This document shows, in pieces, positions 49,953 through 60,978 of a stretch of 64,000 bases of DNA; the stretch's first letter is position 1; each line of letters starts with the position of its first letter. The notes under the pieces were generated by a model that made no database searches, was not told the origin of the DNA, and worked only from the letters and a program-made list of their open reading frames with translations. Position numbers and translations under genes: made by a program. This DNA is from Tubulanus polymorphus (lineage: Eukaryota > Animalia > Nemertea), in contig NC_134034.1 of assembly GCF_964204645.1 (NCBI RefSeq), forward strand, positions 1,612,072-1,676,071, given 5' to 3'.

Positions 49953-52001
49953 ATGAGCGGTTTAACTAGTGAAAAGGTACGCGATTTAATGCAAAACTTT
50001 ACATATGATGAAGAGACAGAAGCTGAGACGGATAGTGATGATGATGATGATTATAACAACAGTTACTCGTCAGACGCCAGTGAATCAATATCGGATTATT
50101 CTGATGTTGAATTCGATGATGAAATGTCGTCTGCCTGTGACGCAGCAGGGCGCGGTTGTCTCGATGGTTCAGACGATATCGAGATGTCGTCTGCTGGTGA
50201 CGCAGCTCGAAACCGCAGTCGCAGTCCTCTCGGTCGTGGTCCTGGTTGTCGTCCAGGTCGTCGTCCGTTAACTGTTGTAAACTCCCAGCGGTCCGCTTCC
50301 GCCGTAGCGCGAGGGCGCGGCCGTACTCGTGGGCGTGGTCGTCCTCATGGTCACCACCCCGGCGCCCCGAAACAAACCGCTACTGATTGGGTGGATGTCT
50401 CCGAAGAAGATCCAGGACCGCGCGGAATTCGGTTCACGCCCCGAGGTCAACCGGGCCCGAATTTGACGGAAGATTTCGACGAGGACAGCCCGGCGCTCGA
50501 GTTTTTCAAATTGCTTTTCACCGATGAAATTATCGAAGGAATCGTTAAAGAAATAAACCGTTACGCGGATGAGAAAATTAAATCTCGCGAACTGAAGCCG
50601 AGATCCCGCTTACAAGAGTGGACGCCGGTTACAACAGAAGAGTTCCAGCGATTCTTGGGAATTTTGATTAATATGGGTATAATTCGTTTGCCCACTGTGT
50701 CCATGTACTGGTCCATTCGATGGATCGGTAGTGTACCGTTTTTCCGTGATGCGATGACTGCCAACCGTTTCGCGCTACTGTACCACACGGTGCTTCACGT
50801 GTGCCACAGCGACCCCGATAAACCGAACCCAACGCGTGGTCATAAAATAACACCGTTTATGGACCGCCTCTCCACCAACTACCGGCGATATTACAATCCG
50901 TACTGCGAAATATCTATGGATGAATCCATGATCGGCTACAAAGGGCGCGTCTCATTCAAACAGTACTGTCCCAGGAAGCCGAAGAAATGGGGTTTGATAG
51001 CTAGAACTGTTGCCTGTCCGCACACGGGTTACCTGTTAAACGCGAAACTCTACTGCGGGCGCGACGACGAACAGGAAGTCGAAGAAGGTTTATCAGTAAC
51101 CGGGCAAACAGTTCTAGACGTGGTGAAACCATTCGCCAACCGCGGACATCATCTTTACTGCGATCGTCTTTACAGTAGTATTCCACTAGCGCTGAGTTTG
51201 TACGATAAGAAATTCCACTATACGGGCACCATTCAACTCAATAGAGTCGGGATTCCGAGTATGTTGAAATATACGGGTCGCATGAGATCGGGAGACGTCT
51301 GCGCGTACCGGAACGGGAACGTATTGATTTTAAACTGGTACGACAAGAGAGTCGTCTCGATGATTAGCACGTTCGGAAAAGGGAACGAGAAAGACCTCGT
51401 CATCGGTCGCGGTAATAACCCGGAGAAACCCGTCGATAGTACACAGTCGACGGAGGAACCCGCCTGCGGTACACAGCCGGAGAAACCCGTCTATAAACCA
51501 TCAATCGTCTGCGATTATAACCGACACATGTCCGGGGTCGACTTACACGACCAGCTCAATAAATACTACGACAGCAGTAGAAAATCTTTCCGCTGGTGGA
51601 AGAAAGTATTTTTCTGGATGTTGGAAAGTTGTATCACGAACGCTTACATTTTGAAGAAGCTTCGCGTCGGCGCTGCGGGCGGCGACGTCAAGAGATTTAG
51701 TCTGTTGAAATTCCGCCAGGAACTGGTCGAGCAACTTGTGCCGTCTGCCGACGATACACCGCGAAGGAAAATAGGACGACCTTCGTTAGGACCGCCAGAC
51801 GAACGGCTCAACGGACTTTTCCATATTTTGAAGAAGCGTAACGGGGCTAAGGACTGCAAGGTGTGCAGTTACCGGGCAACTGGTAACAGAGCAACGACTG
51901 TGTACTTCTGCGATACTTGTACTGACAAACCGTCCCTGCACAAAATCGACTGTTTTGAACGGTATCACACTAAACAGAATTATAGGAACAAATACCGTTA
52001 A
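49953..52001 (+). mobile_element. piggyBac-superfamily transposase (PGBD4-like), intact 682-aa ORF; no TIR/TTAA ends found by eye
   Basis: Acidic N-terminus, RGRGR tract, FF.LF...I...N.YA, catalytic triad SMDESMI / CDRLYSS / GVDLHDQ, WWKKVFFW, C-terminal Cys-rich domain CKVC...CDTC..KPSLH...CF..YH. TATAAA at 49885; first ATG 49953. Confidence 0.92.
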
Positions 52002-52195
52002 GCTTAACAAGACGAAGAGATACCGTGTTTCTCTGCTTAGTTTAAAAGTTGACCCGGCCGCACTTTTCAAAACCATGACCAAGCAAACAATAACAATGCT
52101 TATAGCAAAGAACTGATTACAAATTTCAACGCAGATTACAAAATGACTCGGTCGATAGGAGAAACATGGTATCATTTTATGTTAGCCATTATACA

Positions 52196-52339
52196 CAGCA
52201 GAACCTTGTTACAACGAACACCAGGGCACTAGAAAATCTTCGTTATATCCAGTATAAAAGTATTGTCGTATTTGGTACGAAATTCTAAGTTTAACCGATA
52301 AATCGTAGTATCCGAGTTCGTTATAACGAGGTTCCGCTG
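52196..52339. mobile_element. pogo/Tigger-like MITE, 144 bp
   Basis: 24-bp imperfect TIRs cagcagaaccttgttacaacgaac / gttcgttataacgaggttccgctg. Confidence 0.7.
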
Positions 52340-53031
52340 CGGCGCTGTTGACATCCAGCGCGCTCAGCAATATTCTGAGTAGAAGAATGAATCCCGTGCC
52401 GACTAATAACAATACAATGCTTGTAACTTAGAACTTATAACTTACTTTGTTGATGACTATTTTGTGTGTATTTTGTCAATATATCTTCATATCATCATAC
52501 TGATGTATTGTATACAGTATTGAAAATCGTGCTTCTAATTCTTTATCATTATCTTATCGTTTTTGGTGAACTTTTAGCACAGACTAGTCTAGACTTGGGG
52601 GGGGGGGGAGTCCTCTCAATAAATCACATTGTGTTTTGATGTTCACTGAATATGATGTACCGCGGTACGTGGTAGATATCTGTTGAGAAATAATATGTAC
52701 ATATATGAAATGTTTAATTGTCTGTGATGTCTTTTTATTAGGGAGACAAAACTCTAATGGGTGGGGTGGGGTGGGGAGGAGAGTGGGGTTTCAATTAGGC
52801 CTACCAGATTCACCGACATGTGTTTAAATAAAGGGACGTACTACTGGATATATAGTTGCCTTGTGAAGTGTTGGCAATCAGTTATCCTTATGATAAAGAA
52901 AAAGGTCCGAGAGGAATGAAGGGACTATTGGAGTGATGGGGTATATTCACCAAATTCACTGCTATGCACATGCGCTAGAATAGGGGGAGGGGTTATACTA
53001 CCGGGTACATCGGGAGGGTAATGTTAATAGA

Positions 53032-53650
53032 TTAGCGGTTAGATCGATACATATTAGCTGGTTGTATGAATTTTCTCTGTTTACCGATCAGGGTAAGGCG
53101 AACCTTTTTCCAAAACGTAGAACGGGCTTTATCGTCTCGCGGGTATTTCATGTAAACAACATTTGAAATGATCGTCCGCAAGGATTCGGGCATGCGCGAT
53201 TCGGGTATATGATCGATATCGAGCACGAGTATGATGTTATTGCCCTCCTCGACGCACCGGTTTGCCGCCATGCTTATTACAAATTGCGCCCATCTTTCCT
53301 TGACGAATGATTCCGTCAACAGCGTCGATATTGTTCTGTAACATAGAACTATAAGCGAACGGGAAGGCCGACTCCTCAAAAATCCGCTAGGCACCGCTAG
53401 TAATCTTGTGTTTTGTTCAGCGCCCTCACCGGTGGCGATATACAATAGATTTTGTAGACTGGTTGACGGTCTCTATTCATAATTTAGCGTTTTTCATATA
53501 ATCGAAAATATTTCCGAGAACCTATCGTTTATCGCCACCGGTGAGAGCGCTGATCAATTTCGAAGATAGCAAAGGCAAATGTATAGTGACGTCACGGAGT
53601 TGGCCTTCCCTTTCGCTTATAGTTCTATGGTTGTATGTAGTGACCGATTG
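53032..53650 (-). pseudogene. Toll-like receptor relic D (3' half of TIR), with internal deletion and MITE insertion
   Basis: 53032-53320 nearly identical to the TLR-B/C 3' end; ~28 nt deleted at ~53320; TLR sequence resumes at 53630-53650 after the MITE. Confidence 0.88.
53342..53629. mobile_element. CATAG...CTATG-ended MITE inserted into TLR relic
   Basis: 34-bp TIRs catagaactataagcgaacgggaaggccgactcc / ggagttggccttccctttcgcttatagttctatg plus inner 23-bp inverted repeats (cagcgccctcaccggtggcgata); interrupts the TLR sequence ttctgt|tgtatgtag. Confidence 0.85.
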
Positions 53651-53978
53651 AGTCATCAGGTTCGTTCGAATCCCAGCCGAGGGAGGACGCGACGGAGTCT
53701 CACGATGTAATCAGGTTCTATTCCGGAGCTGGGCGATAAAAGGAGTTGTCATCAAGAAACAAAAATCAAAAACGGATAATGATTCTATTTAACTGTGATT
53801 CATATTTATTCCAATTTACTATCAGATAGATGTAAAATTCAAATGATCGAACCAAACTTTCACAATATTTCTAAAAAAAAAAATCTTTCGTGTTTAAAGT
53901 GCTAATTTCAATTAATACTTAGCTACACAGAGGGCGCTACTAGAACACGTACTACGCGGATGCGATTGGTGTAGGATA

Positions 53979-56900
53979 TTATTTTGAAGATTTAGCGGCC
54001 ATTTCTTCGTTGCCTTGTAAATCGTGTCTGGGACATTTTCCGTCGATGAAAGGACTTTCGCAATATTTACACTTGCACATACAAACCCCGGGTTCGACGC
54101 TCAAAGTGCCGCAATCTGGACACGTTTTCAAAAAATCGCAGCCATCCGCGCATGCGCTCTCACCGCACTCTGCAACGGCCTTCTTCTCAGTTTCCTTCAT
54201 CTCCGTTGGTGGTGCTGATGTCTCCTTGTTGTCGTCTGCCATGATTTCGTTTTTGGCAGGTTCCGTCACGTCGCCGTCGCTAGTTTCTGGAATCTCGCGA
54301 GAATTGTCAATTGAGTCCGAAATCTCGCGTTGATTGCCTTCAATTCCTAAAATCTCGCGCGAATTATCGTTTGTTTCTGAAATCTCGCGAGAATCGTCAA
54401 TTTCTCCCGGGACCGCGCGAGAATTATCGGCTGTATCTGAAATCTCGCGAGAAATAGCAGTTGCTTCTGAAGTCTCGCGAGACTGAGGTGACGTATTATC
54501 GCTGGCTACAGTTTCGCGAAACGCTTCGGTGATTGGCTGATTATTACCGTACGCTTCTGTGATTGGCTGATTCGGGACAGCAGTATTCGAATTCTCATTC
54601 AAACTATTATTATTATCTAAATTGCTATTCGCGGACTGATATTGTGATTCGGTCGACCGAATCACTTCCTGTCGTGTAGGGGGCAGATAATTGACGGTAT
54701 AAGGTGGCGGTGGAGAGCCCCCTGGTGAGTAAATCGTGTACGGTAATTCGTCTGCTGTCTTCTGGTATTCTTTACTGCTCAATATGTACACATCCGGGTT
54801 CTTTACGACCTACAACATAAAATCAGAGCTCTATCAAAATAAGGTTTCGAAATTGTCCAATTTCATAAGAGTTGACTGCATCCGTAGATCCCCCAATGAC
54901 ATCATCAAACCATCTAGAGGTCAATGTACTTTTATAAAAGATGGATGCTTCCATAAGTCCCCCTATGACATTAGATAAGAAAATGTGATTCGATTTATAG
55001 ATTTGTATACAGACAATATGGCTGCATCCATTAATCTCCCTATGACATCATAAAATGATCTACTAGTGTATTGATATATAGACATGTCTAGAGAAGATTC
55101 TGCCCCAACAATCGCCCTGTGGTATCGTCAAATTGATGTCCGCCTTCATAAATCCACCTATGACATCACGATTAATCGGAAATACAGGTTCGGTTGGTAA
55201 TTTTCAATCGCTGCGTACCTCGGAATATTCAGGCGGTTCGGACGCCGCCATTGCTCGGATCGTGTCCTCGTCATTATCATCGTCATCGTCGTGCCTTCGT
55301 CGCCGGTAGCAGACCCAACACAACCCCAGTAAACTCACCACTAACACGACCAATCCAACCCTAAACAACGACAGCGCATTCCTCAATTTTAGATATCTAC
55401 GAATTTAGTATAGTCTCAATTTATATGATTCAAAATAATTCTCCATTTAATGATTATAGTTTGGCTGCTTGTTTTAGCTTCATTTCGTCCAGATCTTGGT
55501 TTCCCAAGACTAGCCCTATTGGATTTATTCATTTAACCTCTCGACGGGTGGCCTTTGAAGTGTTGCCCGCACGCTGTAAGCAGTCAGCGGGACTCGAACC
55601 CACTCGGCACTGATAGTGGATGCAAAATCATTACGCCTTTTTTCACTGAGCTACCGATGGTTGGCTTAACAACGACATCTGGTGGCATATAGTATTATAA
55701 GTTCATTCATGCAGTACTCGCCAGATGGCGCCACAAAAACACTGGATCACTGGGTCACTTTACGTGGTAAAAATCAGTTCACATTTTCAACGAAATTTGA
55801 ACTTGATTTCTAGGCTGCCAAAATCTATCCGAATATTATCAAGCATAAGTCGTCGATTAGATATAAGATTCCCCTTCTCACTCACGATATAGATTTAACT
55901 GAAAATTGATTTAATAATGTGAAAAGTTGATCCGCATTTAAGCGCGACAACCCAGTGCCGCAAGCGACACCTGGCGGAATCCTGGCTTGCCGCAGAAGAG
56001 CGTTGCCGTGGTATCTCATATCGAAAGATATTGAAAAATAATGAAAAGTAAATTTACACGGTGGAATACCAGAAATATGACGAGTTGAACATGTTGTTTA
56101 GAGACTTTTTCTGAGCTGATGAACTGACTGTACTACAGCACGTTTTACCATTATAGCAACATGTAAAATTACCAGAGCATCTACAACGAGAAAAAAAATG
56201 AAACAACAAAAAATAACTACAAAAAATGTCTTTCTAGTTATTTAGATTACTTGATTCGTATCTGTATTTAGAAAATTACTCAGAATAAGGAGAAATTACG
56301 ATGATGACAAGTTTTGATTTGATATTTCAAAATTAAACCCCGGCGTGTGTTTCATTCCCGGTAATTTTTCGTAAGGGCCACACCGACGGATCAAATCAAA
56401 CGAAGGAAAGGGAAGATCATCCCTGTTTCAAAATGAGTAAAAAATCATTTTCTATTCTGAAATATCCGATACACTCGAAAAACGTAAAATCAGTAAAGCG
56501 GCCATCTTGGATCACGTGCGATTTTGATGTAATAACAGAGGATTTTTGAACTGATCTATAGCGCGAATCAGGCATATAGATTTGCATGGCTTAGATTTGA
56601 GACCAGCAGCCCAAGACCAGTTAAAGTTCAATAACCAATCTAACAACTTAAGACTAGCCTAACTTCATTTTGTTTCTATTACTAATCTAACAATGTAAGA
56701 CCAGTCTAAGCTCATTTTGGTTCTACAGCCAATCTAACAACTTAAAAAACCAGTCTAAACTCATTTTAGTCATATAACCGATGTAACAACTTGAAGAATA
56801 GTCTAACATTTAAGACAACTTTTGGACTCGAGTCTCGACCGTGCAACTGAGCCCAAAATTCATTATGAGGTAGTTTGTGGCGAGTTTTATCTGGTTCTAG

Positions 56901-58844
56901 GTATAGTCTCTCGGCTATTCTATTTTCGTCTGGCTAATAGGCGACAGTATCTCATTAGCATATCGCTCTACAATTATCGATTAATCAACGGAACGCAAAC
57001 ACAAAATGTCATCAGTGTTATTTTGAATGTTAAAGTTGAATAAAGCAAGCGCCCCACCCATATACAAACTAACAATGTGTACGTTTCACATAGCTCTTGG
57101 ATTTTAGAAATTAATTTTTTTCCGATATAGAGAAAGAAGACTATTTTGATTCTAGATAACAATAGATATAAAAAGAAAAGGCATGATTTTCTATTTAGAC
57201 CGTTTACTTGAAAAGGTGGCTGCCTCCATCAAATCCTCCTATGACGTCACCATGTTAACTACTAACAACGTTGAAGATCAAGTAGTGAGATGAGGGGTTT
57301 GTGGAGGCGGCCATCATTTCTAGGAGGTCCTTAGAACGAATCGCTGGTGAATAATTTGATGATGTCATAGGGGGATTTATGGAGGCTACCATTTTCTTTA
57401 GAAGTAAAATCATTAGTAGACGATTTCATGATGTCATAGGGGGATTGATTGAGAGGTACGAGCCGATTTTTCTGGAAGGGTCTCAAATCGCTAGCAGGTT
57501 TTTTGATGATGTCATAGGGGGAATAATTATGGAAGCAGCCATCTATACTTGAAATAGTGAGGTATTAAACAAACACAGCGACTTACCCGAATCCACTGGC
57601 GCAAGGAACCGGTCTCGTCTACAATAGAAGATAGAATCGATGAGATAAGATATCGGGACGAAGTGCTGCGTAACTGATTACTAAATAAATAATAATGACT
57701 TCAGTTTTAAGTTGAAAAGTTATTAATGGTCCTGCTGATCAGACGAATTCCCGAGGACAGGTCGTCTGCTCGTGTTCAGTATAGATACGTCTGATTACGC
57801 TCATTTCTATCCTATTTGATAAAAAAGATTGTGCATTTCATCTTTAGCAAACATTGTACCTTTACAACTGTCACCCAGCGTCTTCCGTAAAATCCAAAGA
57901 AAAACATAACCAAACTGTCAGGCTAAACTCATATAGATACAGACACTTAAATCATCAAAGACTCAAATAAACAATAACACAAAAAGACCAAACCCGCCTT
58001 GTAGCGAGCCCCGGATATGGATCGATAATGCGCGCAGACGATACAAATAACGAGATAAATAACAACACACCCAAATTTAACTGTAAACTGTTATTGAACT
58101 GAATGACGTAAAGGTTCGTTTTTAGAAATAAAGCTAGTTAATAGATTTGGTTTGGTTTGAAGTGATTGATCCTACTTAGATAAAAATTAACCATTTTCGA
58201 CTTTACCGCAGTAAGAGACAGAGTCTACTGTATTTCACAAACTCTTACTCAGTATTTGACACTAACTCGGGGTAGAATTTTACCAGTCTCAACTTTACCG
58301 CAGTAAGAGACACAGAGTCTACTGTATTTCACAAACTCTTACTCAGTATTTGACACCAACTCGGGGTAGAATTTTACCAGTCTCAACTTTACCGCAGTAA
58401 GAGACACAGAGTCTACTGTATTTCACAAACTCTTACTCAGTATTTGACACCAACTCGGGTTAGAATTTTACGGGTCTCAAGTTTACTGCAGCAAGAGACA
58501 GAGTCTCCTTTCATAGACACTACATGTCTACACGTCGAGTCCATCGTCTCTAAGTAAAGACAGAGTCTATACCGTATTTCACAAATTCTTCAGTACCTTG
58601 ACCTAAACTAAAACCCGTCTTATAGAGGATGTAGATCTTGTACCCGTCAATGTTATACGTGTTCGCACATATTCGCTGCCCGACGTACTGAAGATATAAA
58701 AAGAGAACTTACCTTCCTCAAACGATGATAAACTAACTGATAGAACTTCCAGGCGTGGAGCATGTCGTCCAATTTATAAACACATTGATCGACGTTTCCA
58801 AAAGTATTCCAAACGTCACCTAACGTCAAAACAGTCTCGTTCAT
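53979..58844 (-). CDS. Single-pass membrane protein with PPxY motifs, SREI repeats and C-terminal Cys/His cluster, ~378 aa, 4 exons
   Basis: Exons 58844-58713, 57618-57587 (32 nt), 55360-55219, 54809-53979 join in frame with GT-AG sites. TM VGLVVLVVSLLGLCWVCY followed by RRRR; PPEY and PPPPY motifs; ~7 D/NSREI repeats; CPDCG...CMCKCKYC...CPRH. Confidence 0.72.
55488..55665 (-). mobile_element. tRNA-derived SINE copy
   Basis: Homologous to 19322-19492 (TAGCTCAGTG A-box, GGTTCGAGTCC B-box, shared body). Confidence 0.65.
58198..58510 (-). repeat. 92-bp satellite (~3.5 copies), intronic
   Basis: Same family as 229-1325; two units carry a 2-bp insertion (gacacaga). Confidence 0.9.
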
Positions 58845-60978
58845 AATAATATATCTATAATATTAATAATTATATTTATCCGTATGTATGGAGAGAGAGC
58901 GAGTGTTTGCGATCGACCGCGCCCTGTGCGTAGTGTGTCTATACTTGACGATTACCGTTTGGCTCCGTGGTGATGAAAAATCAATACTAGTGGTATTGTT
59001 GCAGCGAGAGTTTCAGTTACTTTTCGCGACAGTCTATAATCAACTTTTAATCGATATATTTTTTGAAATAAAAATAGCCGCCAGGCAGCGATATCGGGTT
59101 TTCTGGCAATATACTATAAATGCAACTTAATTAAATACCGCGTGGATAGGGTCGCCGTTATTGTTAATGTGCTCTGGGTTTCCCTCTGAAAATTGCTTTC
59201 TTGATTGATTTCTCGAGCTGGAATTAGAAGCTGGCAATCAAAATCAAATCCCTGGCAATGCGCTCAAAAACAGCTCATAATAAAGAGTGATTGGGTGTTA
59301 GTTAATTGAGTCACCACACTTGACTGGTCTAAATTTACCAACTTTCAACGAACTTTATCAGCTTACCAACCTGACTGAGACCTACGAGCAATCATCACAA
59401 TGAAATGATTGCTCGAGACAAACTTCGTTAATCGCGACGGCTCAGTGGAATATTCCCCGCGCTGGTGTCACTTGCAGCGAGTCGGGTTCGAATCCTTGCA
59501 TTTCTATTGCATATAAAATGGTATATCAAAAATTACTTGTATTTTGTAAAGTTCTGTAATCTATATTAATCTATATTGTGTTTTGCATTTTTGGAACATG
59601 GTCTGATAAAAAAAAGAAACAAATGATTATATTTTCATGATTCGGTTACTGCCTTTTTAGGAGCCTTTTTGTTGAGAGAATGTCCAACTCCCCTTGTTGA
59701 TTCCTGGCTCATTGACATACCAATATCCCTCGATTGTTCTTGCGAGGACCCGCGGTGCCCGATGCAATGCTGCATGCCCAGGACGAACCGTTCATTCATA
59801 TTGCGTTACTCTCCTCGCCTGGCCACGACACGTGTGTCAATATCAAGTTACCCCCGACTGATTGACTGACTGACTGCTGTTGTCACTGTCGGATTTATAT
59901 TCCTATATAATATAATACACTTCAATACACATACACGGTCACAACATCATACGCACAAAGTGATTATATACTACGGATACACGGATTATCGTTGATTAAC
60001 CGGATTAACGCGGTTTATCTGCAATAAGTTTCACCGTCGCGCAAATGATTTGATTCACGTAGGTTTATCAATATAACGTAGGTATGGATGGATTATATTA
60101 GATTTAGAATCAAAAATTAATGAAACGATTAATTTTGATGCTTTACTCAATTTGTATAGCTGAAAGATAGCCCACTGTTTTAATATCAAGGTGCAGGGGT
60201 CGATAGTGAAAGATTGTTAAATTTGATCCTGAAATATTTGGTGCGCCCGTTACAAGCCCTCCACCTATAAAGCGATAAGAATTGAAACGGGGAGTTTTTT
60301 TGAATTTTTAAATCTAAGCATACTGATATACTAAGATCGTCTCTTGACAATTCCTGAGCAGTTTCTACGATAATTCTTGTTAAAATCGAAGTAGAAGGTT
60401 GTTTAATGCTAACCATGGTGCACACGTCAGTTACTGAAAGGTTTTTACAGAATTTCATTCGTAGAACTTACTCCTATCAAAGGTTCTCCAGTTTTACAAC
60501 AACAAAAAAACAGAAGAAAAGCTCTTCAACGTATTGAACATAACTAAATTGATAAAATAGATTGATCTTAGGGTCTAAGTCGATGATGTTTTTCTTTAAA
60601 CTGAAATAGGTTTTTTTTATATAATTCATAATCAGGTGAATTTGACCGACGGGAAATCTGTTATGTAGTGTGTATAAATAGTATTAAACCTGCCACGAGT
60701 AATTATAGCTGAAACATATATGAAATACGAAATCTGTGAATCTGTTAAACAAATCAATATTCGGCACTGCTGCTATTATGTTTGTACCGTCTGCTACCGA
60801 TTCCCCTCCGAACACGTGTTCATGGAACAAAAGTATCTCTTAAAGTGATCATACGTACATGGCGCAATATGTTTAAATCTTTTGGGTTGTTTTTTCTTTT
60901 CTGCGAGGCGCTAGTTGACATTGATAGGATTGTAATTCAAATATAATTTCAGCTGAATAATAAGGGTAGACAGCTATC

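Noticed and set aside
49080-52620. TTAA-flanked terminal inverted repeats for the piggyBac element
   Set aside because: Several TTAA sites exist but I found no matching inverted pair; the palindrome gttaagcttaac at the stop codon is too short and has no upstream partner.
59435-59500. Functional tRNA gene
   Set aside because: A- and B-box-like motifs are present but there is no consistent acceptor or anticodon stem; more likely a SINE head or pseudogene.
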